Shown piece after piece: positions 1 through 12,219 of a DNA stretch of 64,000 nucleotides; positions within the stretch are counted from its first letter, which is position 1; every line of letters begins with the position of its first letter. The notes below the pieces were generated by a model. The model was not told where the DNA came from and made no database searches. It saw nothing but the letters and a program-made list of their open reading frames with translations. A program made the translations under genes and the position numbers. The stretch lies in assembly GCA_030324005.1 (NCBI GenBank), contig JARDVH010000073.1, forward strand, positions 80,355,327-80,419,326. The letters are read 5' to 3'. The stretch comes from Negaprion brevirostris (Eukaryota).

Positions 1-612
1 ACTACATCCCATCGGGCCTCACGAGCCTTATGTTATCAACTGGGCACACGTTACAAAATACGTTTTCAAAACTATATGTCTAAATTTTCTCATAGTGGCT
101 ATATGTGTCTCTATGCAACCAGTATATTTCAGGCACTTTGTAACTTTTCTGTACGCTATCCACACTGATTTTATCTACTCTGATATGCTAGTCTTTAGTT
201 CCAAGCCATTCTGAATTCCCCACTTACTGTACCAATCCATGTTGGTTCTGTGTCCCTTGATGAACTTGCCTAACTGTTATAAACATTGGTTAAAAGTTGG
301 TTCTGTTTTAAACAGTCTGTCCAGAGACACACCCCTGTTACCTGGTTGCCATGGGGGCAGGCATCCAGGTTAAAACATATTGATGCAAATTTTAACACCT
401 AAATACAGAGAAGTCAGCTACTGACTACTTTCAAACTCAGACTCTCAGAAGCAATTCAACTAAATAATTGGGGTAAGACAATAGGTGCTGCAATGCAAGG
501 AAGAAGAAAAGGACTATTTTTGCTTAACCACCAAACAGAGAGCTAGTGAGGACAGAACCTATGTTCGAGGAAATGGGATTATGAAGAGTTAAAGATCCTG
601 GCATCAGCAGAG

Positions 613-700
613 GTGATGTGGATATGCCGGCGTTGGACTGGGCTAAACACAGTAAAAAGTCTGACAGCACCAGGTTTAAGTCCAACCGATTTATTTTATC
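613..700. mobile_element. Terminal fragment of a Penelope-like element
   Basis: gtgatgtggatatgccggcgttggactggg...caccaggtttaagtccaac resembles a common shark Penelope-associated terminal repeat (recalled). A reverse-complement piece lies at about 5303-5333. Confidence 0.45.
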
Positions 701-829
701 AGCAGAGGTATCATACAACAGGAAGTCCANNNNNNNNNNNNNNNNNNNNNNNNNNNNNNNNNNNNNNNNNNNNNNNNNNNNNNNNNNNNNNNNNNNNNNN
801 NNNNNNNNNNNNNNNNNNNNNNNNNNNNN

Positions 830-1123
830 GTGAAGGGGGCTTTGTCTAAAAGGAAAATTCACTCTGTTGGATTTGGGAGAACTTTGGATTTTAACCACAA
901 GACTACAATTCTGTGGAGTGCAGTGTAGCATTTAAATATGGCATGCTACTTTGTTCTGTTGAAAAGCTAACTGGGAATCCTTTTTATGTAGGTTAATGTC
1001 AATTGTTTACTAACGTTTGCTGCAGCAAAGAATTTAAAACAGAAAATCTTGATCTTTTGAACCAGTCAAAGGGAAATTCATATCCCTTTATAGAAGTTAT
1101 CGGCTTTTACGGGAATCATAACA
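830..1123 (+). mobile_element. LTR-like remnant ending ...gggaatcataACA
   Basis: Ends in an ATAACA LTR-type terminus and abuts a CR1 fragment. The 5' end is lost in the gap. Confidence 0.35.
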
Positions 1124-1129
1124 ACAAGG

Positions 1130-1396
1130 ATTACCAATCTCAGTTTTGAAATTTGCAATTGACCTAGTTTCAAGGAAGAGAGTTACAGACTTTCACGATG
1201 CTTTTATGTGAGGGAGTATTTTTTGATATCACCCCTGAATAATCTGGCTCTAATTTTAAGTCTATGCCCCCTCGTTCTAAACTCTGGCATCAGAAGAAAT
1301 AGTTGCTTTCTATCTGTCTCATCAAATATTTTAATTATCTTAAATTAGTATCATTAGTACTTCCTTGATATTCAAGAGATACAAGACTAATCTATT
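1130..1396 (-). mobile_element. CR1 LINE 3' fragment
   Basis: Reverse complement resembles the degenerate CR1 ORF2 end and 3' UTR (RGHxxK and FTxRV region). Confidence 0.6.
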
Positions 1397-1556
1397 CAAC
1401 AAAAGCAGAACATTCTGGAAAATGTCTCAGCTCTGATGAAGGTTTGTCACCCACACTCAAAATGTTCTTCCTCCATAGGTGCTATCAGACCATCTGAGGT
1501 TCTTCATTATTTTCTGTTTTGTTTCAGATTCCAGCACCTGTAATAATTTGCTTTTA
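1397..1556 (+). mobile_element. Short hammerhead-motif element with 11-bp TSD
   Basis: Flanked by the direct repeat actaatctatt (1386-1396 and 1557-1567). Contains CTGATGA at 1433 and shares arm sequence with 17355-17552. Confidence 0.7.
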
Positions 1557-2171
1557 ACTAATCTATTTAAGTTTATCATTTGATTGTTTTAACCCGCAGT
1601 CAGGTTTTGCACTTGATAAAAGCACCCACCTTGTGTGGTATTAAATATGGATTCTGATGGCTATAATTGTAATCCAGCATTATAGCGTGATGGCCTCATT
1701 GTCATGGACCTTGCTGTAATAAGAAGTTGAAATGTTCATGGCTATGAACTAATTGATGGGGAGTTCACTGCAGAAAATCACACAAATGTCAAGTAATCAG
1801 AATTTATTGTAGAATCCCTACAGTACAAGAGGCCATTCGGTCCATCGAGTCTACCGATTACAATTCTACCCAGACCCTATTTACTTTAAAAATAACTTAA
1901 AAATAGATTGAGAATTAGGAGTCAAGATTGTTGTTCTGCACTGTAACGCTTTTACTAAGCTTTCTATAAATCACAGTTGTTTGTGCAGCCTCCATTCTCT
2001 GGTCACATGAGGCAAAGGTAAAGTAGGTTGGTTGTCATTTCATTTGTATGCAGCTGGTTGATATCAAGATTAGACACGTGATCTTTGTACTGATACCTTT
2101 CTTGAATTTAGCACTACCCATTGGCAGTGGAACATGTTCCTAACAACATTATTATTCTTATGTTCCGACAG

Positions 2172-2244
2172 ACTTGGCCTGTCTCAGTTAGAAGTCTTTC
2201 GTAGACACCTACTCGATGTTCTGCAGAAGAGCAATAAACCTAAG
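2172..2244 (+). CDS. DAGLA: Diacylglycerol lipase alpha, internal coding exon (first in window; upstream exons lie outside it)
   Basis: Acceptor ttccgacAG at 2170-2171 and donor GTatcc at 2245. Translates (R)LGLSQLEVFRRHLLDVLQKSNKPK, matching recalled human RIGLSQLEGFRRQLLDVLQRSTKPK. Ends in phase 0. Not in the ORF track. Confidence 0.93.
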
Positions 2245-2699
2245 GTATCCTTCCCATTCTTATAGCTTGTATTTGGCACTTCCTTTTCAGAGTGTATTTT
2301 CTCCTGAAGTTTATTTTTCCCAATGAAGCATATGAATACACTTTTGAAGCACACACCAATGACCAGAATATACTACTTCTGTTCATTTCGGTTGATATTT
2401 AGAAAATTTGATCCTTAGTATTACTATCTAGCTCAATTCATTGCAGAAACATCAACATATGCATGTGTTTTTATATATATATATGTATATAAGTAAANNN
2501 NNNNNNNNNNNNNNNNNNNNNNNNNNNNNNNNNNNNNNNNNNNNNNNNNNNNNNNNNNNNNNNNNNNNNNNNNNNNNNNNNNNNNNNNNNNNNNNNNGTG
2601 TTTTTATATTTATATATGTATATAAGTAAATTCTTGCCTAAATAATTTCTCAGTAATGCAGTTAATTATGTTTAAACACAGTTGTATTATACTGCAGTG

Positions 2700-3660
2700 T
2701 GAACGACTTCATGCTGCAACAACATGGAGTGTGTTTGGCTGGAGAGGGATGAGAAAGCAATTAAGACTGGAAGAGTGGAAACCATGTGCAGGAACGTAGG
2801 GCTGCAAGAGGTTGTGAGTGACTGGGCAAGGGAAAAATTTAGAGTTGAGATCAAGGATTTTGTATTCCGTACTTTAGAGGAGGTGGAGCTCAGAGGCGTT
2901 AATTAGAAAGGAGGTAGTAAAAGAGTGGAACTTAATGTGGACTAGGATATGGACAGTGAGGCTTTAGTTATGTGGTAGAGTTCAAAAGCCTTGTGAAGTT
3001 AGTGTAGAGAGATCATGGTTTCAGATATGGTGGGAAGAAGTTTGATGCCGAGATAACTGGAAAGTCCAGATAACTGGAGAGGAAGAAGGATCTGACCTTG
3101 CAGAAAATGTGGCCATGTTGACACCAAAAAGAGTGAAATACTGACAATGTTGCAGAAGTGATCTTTAAAGAGAGTTGTTGGCTTGTGTTGAACACAATGA
3201 GTTGCAGGATGTGAACAAGGAATCATTGAACCATTTCTTGGTTATGTGAAATACCATGTGATCTTGACCAATTCAGAATAGAAACTTGACTGATATAGTT
3301 CCAACAGAATGTGGCAAGAGGCAGTAATGACAACAAGCAGAGGTAAGCTAGGTTTAAATGTAGGCGCTGGTTAGAAAAGATGGACCTTTTTGAGTGACGA
3401 CGGAACAGAGCTGAAGGAAAGGTGTTAGGAACGTTGCCAGAAGCTGTGTTAGTTATATGGTTAGGAGAGGGTTACGAATACAGCATCCTGGCCTCAAGAA
3501 AGTGATTAACTTGATCAAGGAAAGGTGGAGCTAATTGAGTTACTTCAGAGAGATTTGATTTCAGCAAAGATGAAAGGCATAATTGAATGGATATTTGTAA
3601 TCTTTGAGACAAAAAAGTCCATTGGGCAATTTTCCCAAAAAAGAAATTAAGTGCCCAATG
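2700..3660 (-). mobile_element. Degenerate L2-like LINE fragment
   Basis: Purine-rich + strand. Minus-strand remnants resemble the L2 endonuclease and linker region. Confidence 0.45.
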
Positions 3661-4444
3661 GTCGAGAAAACAGGAGATTTGTGGGTGTACTTAGTCTGCT
3701 GAATTTCCAGCACTCTGTGCAGCAACACAGAGTCCGTCGGGGGATTCATACCAGTAGTGAGGGGACAGGGCCTCATCCTGCCTGAGAGGCCAGCATCAGT
3801 GTGCNNNNNNNNNNNNNNNNNNNNNNNNNNNNNNNNNNNNNNNNNNNNNNNNNNNNNNNNNNNNNNNNNNNNNNNNNNNNNNNNNNNNNNNNNNNNNNNN
3901 NNNNCTTCTCCCTTCCCATCATCCAAGGCCTCAAATGAAGCAGTTAAAGCAGCAATTTACTTACAATTCTTTCAATTTAGTATTCTCCCCAAAAGTGCAG
4001 CAGACCTGCTGAATATTTCCATCATTTTCTGTTTTTATTTCAGATTTCTAGTGTCCACAATATTTTGCTTTTGTGTATAAAGATTTCCTGATGAGATAAT
4101 CATTGTGTTTAAAATTTAATATATCACCCCTGGTAAAGCTTCATATAGGCATTTGATTCCACTCTGTGATTTTGCAATGTTTGTTGCTTCAGCACATATT
4201 TCACAATGTTCCCTTTCTAATAATTAGAATGTTATTAGCTCTTTCCAGAATTCACAGATTCAATCTTTTGTCAGCATAATGTAGTTTGTGCCATCACACT
4301 CTGTTTGCCCTGACCTCTGACATTTGACACAAATGACAATGCTCAACCCCCTCTCTTTTATAGTCCATCTCTGAATGTAGCATTTGTTTGGTTCCATTCA
4401 CAACAGTCCTAATGCAACCAACAGAATTCCTATAATATTAACAA

Positions 4445-5300
4445 CATAGGAAATAGAAGCAGGAATGGACCTCCAGCCTGCTATATTATTCAGTATAATT
4501 ATGGCTGATTTATTTTATGCCTCAACTCCAATTTCCTGTCAACTTCCCATATCCTTTGATTCCGCTAAAGACCAAAAATCTGCCATTCTTTTTCATTTGT
4601 AGAATGCGTTGTCACTGGTTGGTTCTTCATTTATTGCCCATCCCTAATTGCCCTTCAGCTGAATGGTTTGCTAAGCCATTTTAGCAGGCATTTAAGAATC
4701 AACCACATTCATGTTCATCTGGAATCACATGTAGACCAGACCAGGTAAAGATGGCTCATTTCCTTCACTAAAGGCCATTAGCGAACCAGATGGGTTTTTA
4801 CGACAATTGACAATGATTTCTTGGTCACCATTACTATTTTAATCTCTGATTCTTTTAAATCAATATTTCACCATCTGTTGTGGTGGGATTTAAACCCTGG
4901 TCCCCAGAGTATTTGCCTGGATCTCTGGATTAATAGTCCAGTGACAATACCACCATCACACCGTTTCTGCTCAACTGCCCTTCCTTCAGTCAATCTCAGC
5001 TTTAATGCGATGGATTATCCATAGGCCTCTGGTAGACAAATCCTATGTTTACAATCCTTTGAGTAAAGAAATTGCTCCTCATTCCAGTCCTAAATGGTCA
5101 ACCCTGTATCTTGAGATTGTGCCCTATGTTCTGGACTCGCCAACCAGCAGAAACAGTCTGTCAGTGTCTACCCCCTTTGGAATCTAGTATTTTTTAATGA
5201 GATCATGTTATCATTTTAACCCCAGAAAGTATAGACCTAATTTACTCAGTCCTTCCTTAGAACAGGAACAAATCTAGTGAACCTTCACTGTACCATCTCC
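4445..5300 (-). mobile_element. CR1 3' end interrupted by a tRNA-derived SINE at about 4590-4960
   Basis: CR1 tail aacataggaaatagaagcagga at 4443. The nested minus-strand SINE has the tail atttattgcccatccctaattgccctt, shared with the LINE at 62345-64000. Confidence 0.7.
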
Positions 5301-5799
5301 ATTAAAAGTCCAACACCAGCATCTCCACTCCATTGAAAATATAACTTCTGATTTGCACACAGAAACTTCATGGAATATTCCACGCAGAGGCGTAGTGCTG
5401 CCAGAGCGTCACGCCAGCACCTTTGATTTCAAGCAAAATTGTAAACATGATGTGGCCCGGCAAACCTGGATAGACAGGAGGGGCGGAGGGAGAGGGGGAG
5501 TACGGCGAGGGGTGGGGAGGGAAAGAGAGTGCAGTGAAGGGGCAGAGGGAGAGAGAGCACGTTGAGGGGGCAGGGGAATGTGGGAAGTGAATGCTCGGTT
5601 GAGATGGTCTGCTTGTATTCTCTGCTGGCAGCACTTGCTGGAATTTACAGCACAGAAACAGACCATTTGGCCCATCTCATCTATGTTGGAGTTTCCATTC
5701 CACACAAATCTCCTTACGCCATTCTCGATCACACTATCAGGATAACCTTCAGCTTCTTTCTTCTTCGTGTGTTTAGCAACATCCTTTGATATATCTATA

Positions 5800-6700
5800 C
5801 TAGAATCATAGAAAGGTTACAGCATAGAAGGAGGCTATTCATCACATGGTGTTTGTGTGAATTCTCTGCAACACCAACTCAGTACATCCCACTCCTCCAA
5901 CTTTCACTGTAGCCCAGTAAAATCTTTTCTCTTCAGATAATTATCCATTCCTTTTTAAAAACCTCAGTTGAATCTGTCTCCATCATACATGGAAGCAGTG
6001 CATTCCTGATCAAAACCCACTGTTGAATAAAGGTGTTTTTCCTCATATTGCCTCTGGTTTTTGTTGATCACATTCAAGTTCTCGTTCTTCTGCTGAAGGG
6101 AACAGTTTCTCACCATTTGTGCTCTCTGGGCCCCCTCATGATTTTGGACTGTCAACCTTCTCTTCCCCAAGAACAGTCCTCGCATCGCCAATCTATCCAC
6201 ATAATTGTAGTTGCTTATCCTCGGAATCAATCTTGTAAATCTTTTCTGCACGCCTTCTAAAAGCCTTAACCTCCTCCCCGCTGAGGCTCCACCAGTATTT
6301 TATGAAGGTTCATACATTGCATGCTTATGTACTCTGTATCTGTAAGTATGAAATGCAGGATACAGTATAATTTATTAACTATTTTCTCAACCTGCCCTGC
6401 TATCTTCAACAACTTTTGCACCTGTACACCTAATTCTGCTCCAGCATGTCCTTTAGAATTGTACTCTTTTTTATGTTAACTCTCCTCATTTCTCTGACCA
6501 AAATGTATTACTTCTACTGCCCTGCATTAACTTTCACCTGCTAAGTGTCTGGCCATTCCATCAGTCTGTATATAATCTTCTAAAGTCTATTATAACCCTC
6601 CTCACAGTTCACAATACTTCCAAACGTGGCATCATCAAATTTTGAAATTGTACCCTGTAGACCCAGATCTAGGTTCTTAATATCAAGAAAAGAAGCAATC
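5800..6700 (-). mobile_element. CR1 LINE, 5'-truncated and degenerate
   Basis: ORF 5964..6251(-) QKRFTRLIPRISNYNYVDRL is the CR1 ORF2 C-terminus. Tail tagaatcatagaa. Confidence 0.85.
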
Positions 6701-6974
6701 CCTCCATATCACATTCCCCAGTTATAAGTAAGTAAAGTTTACTGTAATTCTTGTTCTTAGGAGGATTGAATTAAATAATTCTACTGTTGCATAATGAAAT
6801 TCTAGCTATGCTAAAGACTAATGTTTCAAAGTATTAGATGGTTTGAAATAAAATGCCTACTGGCACTAATATTTTTAACTTTGAAGACATTGTTTTATTG
6901 ATGTTTGGGGATTAAACTGATTAATACAAAGAAAAATAATGTAATAGTAGATTTAGAAATGATATGGCCAACAC

Positions 6975-7215
6975 ATTTTTTTAGTGCTCCTGCACCTGAA
7001 ACTTTCCCACTATGTCACTGATTGCAGGTATGACCTCACTAAAACCTGATGCAATTGTAACAAGACTTTCTTATTCTTGTACTTCAATTCACTATATACA
7101 AGTTCCCCTCCAAGCCATACATACCATCGTGACTTGTAACTATATTCCCCTTCCCTCATTGTTACAGGGTCAAAACCCTGAAACTCCTTCCTAACAGCAC
7201 TGTGGGTGTACCTTG
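6975..7215 (+). mobile_element. 3' fragment of the LINE family seen at 62345-64000
   Basis: gggtcaaaaccctgaaactccttcctaacagcactgtgggtgtacc is similar to the reverse complement of 62465-62515. Confidence 0.6.
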
Positions 7216-7224
7216 ATCACATAT

Positions 7225-7884
7225 CCCTCCATTTTCATCCTAAGCATGTATTTGTCCAGACGCCCCTTAAAAGTCAGTATTGTATCTTTCACTATGTCCC
7301 CTGGCAATGAGTTCCAAGCACCCACCACCCTCTGTGTAAAAAATTGCCATGTACATCTCCTTTCAACCGTGCCCCGTGCACCTTAAATCTATGCCCCAGT
7401 AATTGACTCTTGCACCTGGGAAAAAGTTTCTGACTATCCGTTCTGTCCATGCTCCTCATAATCTTGTAGACTTCTATCAGGTCGCCTCTCAACCTCCATC
7501 GTTCCACTGAGAACAAACCAAATTTCTCCAACCTCTCCTCATAGCTAATGCTATCTATACCAGACAACACCTTGGTAAATCTTTTCTGTACCCTCTCCAA
7601 AGCCTCCACATCTTCAGGTAGTGTAGCAACCAGAATTAAACACTATATTCCAAGTGCGGTCTAACTTAGGTGCTATAAAGCTGCAATATGACTTTCCAAT
7701 TTTTAAACTCAGTGCCCCGGCCGATGAAAGCAAGCATGCCGTATGCCTTCTTGAGCACCTTCTCCACCAGCATTACCACTTTCAGTGACCTGTATACCCA
7801 GATCCCTCTGCTTATCAATACTCTTAAGAATTCTGCCATTTACTATATATTTCCTATCTGTATCAGTCCTTCCAAAATGCATTA
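7225..7884 (-). mobile_element. CR1 (HER1-like) LINE 3' fragment
   Basis: ORF 7292..7609(-) ALERVQKRFTKVLSG...SYEERLEKFGLFSVERWRLRGDLIEVYKIM. Confidence 0.9.
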
Positions 7885-7914
7885 TTTTTAATTTTTTTAA
7901 ATCTCTTTCTGTAG

Positions 7915-8108
7915 TGGAGGATTATCATGGGCGGTACTAAATGTATTCCTAAATCTGAACTGCCGGATGATGAAGAAGTGACTAACGTTCAGAGTAACAG
8001 GCAGTGGACCTATCCCAGTGATCTTACTATTGCTCTTTCTGCTAGCGTCCCACTCTACCCACCAGGCCGGATTATTCATGTGATACACAACCATCCTGAG
8101 GAAAAGTG
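7915..8108 (+). CDS. DAGLA: DAGLA coding exon (regulatory loop region)
   Basis: Acceptor ctctttctgtAG and donor GTaggt at 8109. Translates WRIIMGGTKCIPKSELPDDEEVTNVQSNRQWTYPSDLTIALSASVPLYPPGRIIHVIHNHPEEK(C), including the family motif LYPPGRIIH. Phase 0 to 2. Confidence 0.96.
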
Positions 8109-8324
8109 GTAGGTATCTATAAAGTTGATTATTGCAGTTCATAATGTTTCTTGTCAACCTATAAGCCCATTTTTTCCCCAGCTTATTTTCCTGTGAATCA
8201 CTAGGCTATGTATCAACTGAAACAAGAAAGCTATTGTGAATGTCCAGTGAATAATTCACTCTGAATTTTCCTTCCTGCATTTCATGGGGAAACCCGTGGT
8301 CCATTTGTTGATTCAACTTTTCAC

Positions 8325-9220
8325 CCTCGTATGTGGATGAAGAAAATAGGAAGTTGTGCACTCAAGTTCGCAGATGACATCAAGTTAGCAGTGGTGGAAC
8401 ACAGTAAGTGGTGCAGACGGCAGAAGTTGCAAAGGGACATAGATGAAGTGAGTGGACAAAACCATGGCAAATTGGAGTTTAATGTGGGCAAATGTGAGGC
8501 TATCCAGTTTGGACCCATGAAAGATAAATCAGAGTATTTTCTAAATGGTGAAAAATTTGGGACTTCAGAGAAACAAAGGTTTGATTCAGTACAAGTAACG
8601 GAATCATTAAAAACCAGTAGACAGGTACAGAAAGCAATCAAGATGAGATAGTGCAATATTACTTCAAGAATGCAAATGAAGGAAGTTTCATTTATAGCAA
8701 GCTTTGGTAAAAACCCATCATACTTGAATTTGGTTTTGTATGCATGATGTCAAACTATATTCTAACCTTGGAGCACTTGCAATCCANNNNNNNNNNNNNN
8801 NNNNNNNNNNNNNNNNNNNNNNNNNNNNNNNNNNNNNNNNNNNNNNNNNNNNNNNNNNNNNNNNNNNNNNNNNNNNNNNNNNNNNNNNNNNNNNNNNNNN
8901 NNNNNNNNNNNNNNNNNNNNNNNNNNNNNNNNNNNNNNNNNNNNNNNNNNNGAAATCAACATCAAGAGCAACAGGCTGTTCAGGAGTGAAATCAACAAAC
9001 GCTTTTTCACAAAAATTGTAGTAATGTAGAACTCTTCCTCAAAACACTATGGATACTGAAACAATTGGAGCCTTTGAGATTTATATATTTTTGTTACTGA
9101 GGATATTGAGGGATTTGGAGAAAAGACAGGGAAACACTGATAAATGCAGATTAGGCATAGTCTAATTGAAGAACCTAATAGGCTAACTGATTTACTCCTG
9201 TATCTTACATTTTTGACTCT
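8325..9220 (+). mobile_element. CR1 LINE RT fragment spanning a gap
   Basis: ORF 8331..8651 contains KFADDIKL, LQRDID and FNVGKCEAIQFG. CR1 3' UTR lies near 9180-9210. Confidence 0.88.
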
Positions 9221-10655
9221 GTGATGTGCTCCGGTCAAGCAAGTGGTTCAAAGGTGCGTCAAGAGTTCTCCAGTTGCATGGGGATGATTCCCCCAGCCTA
9301 CTGCGATGCTCTTGTCATGCAGCAGGCTGGGAAACTCAAGCGGAGGCCATTTAGCAGGTTCCACACTGGGCGCCACAGCCTCCATGCGTCTCTGGCAGCC
9401 AGATTTCTAGCGCTGTCAGCTGCGCGTTGAGTTCTGGAGCAGAGTTGTATAAATTATGTAAATTATCATTTAAACCTATTCGAAATCTCATTCATGATCC
9501 AGGGACTGAAATATATGGGCGGGCCCGCTAGTGACTCCATCCCTCCAGCCCACTCTAGGCGTGGTTCACTCCAGCAAAGTTTATTATGGCTCCCCACTTG
9601 CGCAGAGCTGGCAGCCTGACCCTGCTGGAATGAAGGGTCAGGCTTTNNNNNNNNNNNNNNNNNNNNNNNNNNNNNNNNNNNNNNNNNNNNNNNNNNNNNN
9701 NNNNNNNNNNNNNNNNNNNNNNNNNNNNNNNNNNNNNNNNNNNNNNNNNNNNNNNNNNNNNNNNNNNNNNNNNNNNNNNNNNNNNNNNNNNNNNNNNNNN
9801 NNNNNNNNNNNNNNNNNNNNNNNNNNNNNNNNNNNNNNNNNNNNNNNNNNNNNNNNNNNNNNNNNNNNNNNNNNNNNNNNNNNNNNNNNNNNNNNNNNNN
9901 NNNNNNNNNNNNNNNNNNNNNNNNNNNNNNNNNNNNNNNNNNNNNNNNNNNNNNNNNNNNNNNNNNNNNNNNNNNNNNNNNNNNNNNNNNNNNNNNNNNN
10001 NNNNNNNNNNNNNNNNNNNNNNNNNNNNNNNNNNNNNNNNNNNNNNNNNNNNNNNNNNNNNNNNNNNNNNNNNNNNNNNNNNNNNNNNNNNNNNNNNNNN
10101 NNNNNNNNNNNNNNNNNNNNNNNNNNNNNNNNNNNNNNNNNNNNNNNNNNNNNNNNNNNNNNNNNNNNNNNNNNNNNNNNNNNNNNNNNNNNNNNNNNNN
10201 NNNNNNNNNNNNNNNNNNNNNNNNNNNNNNNNNNNNNNNNNNNNNNNNNNNNNNNNNNNNNNNNNNNNNNNNNNNNNNNNNNNNNNNNNNNNNNNNNNNN
10301 NNNNNNNNNNNNNNNNNNNNNNNNNNNNNNNNNNNNNNNNNNNNNNNNNNNNNNNNNNNNNNNNNNNNNAATCAAATCAATCAATCATCAGTTTATGTCT
10401 GTTGCTGCTGAAATATTGAATAATTGCCCTTGTTGTAGCTATTATGCATCAAGTTAATGTGATAAAACTGATGAGCAGTTTGCAATGAGTAGAAGCTGAA
10501 GATGAAAACAATCAGCAAAATAGGCAATTAATATTTTTTCATCTAAAAAGTGCTCGGTTATTGAGTTACTGATCTGGAGCTATGCCCTGAAAATTACAAC
10601 TTCCCACGTTAAAAGCAGAGATCCAGACAGCTATAACAAATTAACTTCAAATCAT

Positions 10656-10781
10656 GGCTGGAATTTTACTGTCCCACCCACCACGGGAATCGAGTAAATG
10701 AGGGGTGGACCATGACAAGGTCCACTGACCTCGGGCAGGATTTTACGGTTTCAAGATGAGCAAGGCCATAAAATCCTGTCC
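10656..10781. mobile_element. Short MITE, PIF/Harbinger-like
   Basis: Imperfect TIRs ggctggaatttta and taaaatcctgtcc, flanked by CAT on both sides (10653-10655 and 10782-10784). Confidence 0.65.
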
Positions 10782-10892
10782 CATACATTTTATTTTCCTA
10801 TTTGTTAAATTTTGTATCAATTGTTAGATAGTTTTAAACTTTGTATTTAACACTGCAGTGACAGTGAATGCCTGTTGTTGATGTTACAGTTT

Positions 10893-12050
10893 TGTTATGA
10901 TCCAGTTAGGAACAAGTAATGTTTTGTTTAAAGCAGACAAAGGGTCAAATCCCAATTACCAATTAGGAGAATAAAGCCATAACATTCCACAGTTTCAAAC
11001 AAATAAGATAAAACTTTATTACACAAAGTCAGAAAGGTAAAATAGTCTGTAATGTCTATTTTATACTCTAACATTCAGAATTAACATTAATATGAGGTAA
11101 ATATGAATTAACAAGCAAAATTTGGTTCCCTTCTCCATCACTTCATTATGATTGTCAAAGTCTAATTTTTCTGCTACTGTCTCAATTAACCTTTGTTAAC
11201 TGTTCTAAGGCACTAGGAGACAGGTCTTCGCTTGCTGGAAATGCCTGAGCATTAAAAGTAGCCATGTTAATTTTGCACTAAATACAACAAAGTCAATGTG
11301 AAATCTTAAACTCTGGAAAATTCCAGAGTACCCATTTGACAACCTCTGGGTTTCAATCACACAAGGCCCCAAAATTTGATATGATCCCGATAGAGACTAA
11401 TGATAACTTTCAAAGAGAGATGAAGATCCCAGATGAGAAACGGAATTACAAATGACAAGATTTCATATTTTAAGACTTTTATTCGAACAAAGAACAATAC
11501 AGCACAGGAACTGGCCCTTCAGCCCTCCAAGCCTGCACCGACCATCTGTTTATATCCCTCTATTCCCAGTCTGTTCATGTGGCTATCTAGATAAGTCTTA
11601 AATGATCCCAGCATGTCTGCCTCAACCATCTTACTTGGTAGTACATTCCAGGCCTCCATCATCCTCTGTGTAAAATGCATCTCCCGCATATCTGTATTGA
11701 ACTTTGCCCCCCCTTACCTTGAATATTCTAACAAGCAAACTAACATCACATAATTCAAACATAATTTAACAGCCAACTAATACGTCAAACTACAAAAAGG
11801 TACTTTTGCATTAACTAACTAAAGCAACTAACAAGATACATTTTAGAACTTCTTTCACTGTGCTCTGCACTTGTGGCAGCTAACTAGCATTAGAAAAACC
11901 AATCCTCCCAGGTTACTCACAACTTTCCATCAAATTTATTTCTCTGCCATGTCAGGTCAAATCTTCCAGTGGTCTTTGAAAATTGTTCCACTCAGGTTGG
12001 GTATTTATCTATTGATGGTGTAGCTTTCATTTATTAGGAAATGACTAGAC
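10893..12050 (-). mobile_element. LTR-like remnants with a nested CR1 3' end at about 11485-11725
   Basis: Starts TGTTATGATCC, and a second gatatgatccc start lies at about 11379. Each is followed by tttatt, a minus-strand polyA signal. CR1 tail gaacaaagaacaatacagcacagga at 11485. Confidence 0.4.
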
Positions 12051-12219
12051 TGTGGATAAGGTAGCCATTTCCAGTGATTTTGGAAAAATCCATTGAAATT
12101 GTGGAAGCTGAAGCTGTACGAGAAAACATAGGTTGAATAAAAGAATTCATGACTTGCTGTAACCCTGCTGTGAAAATTACTATTTTGACTAATGATGTGT
12201 CCAAAGAATCAGAAACTTA

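Noticed and set aside
2464-2630. Duplicated TA-rich 33-mer
   Set aside because: It flanks an N gap at a microsatellite, so it is probably an assembly artefact.
9531-10457. Long ORFs of 308 and 248 aa, and other X-rich ORFs
   Set aside because: They are open only because of N runs.
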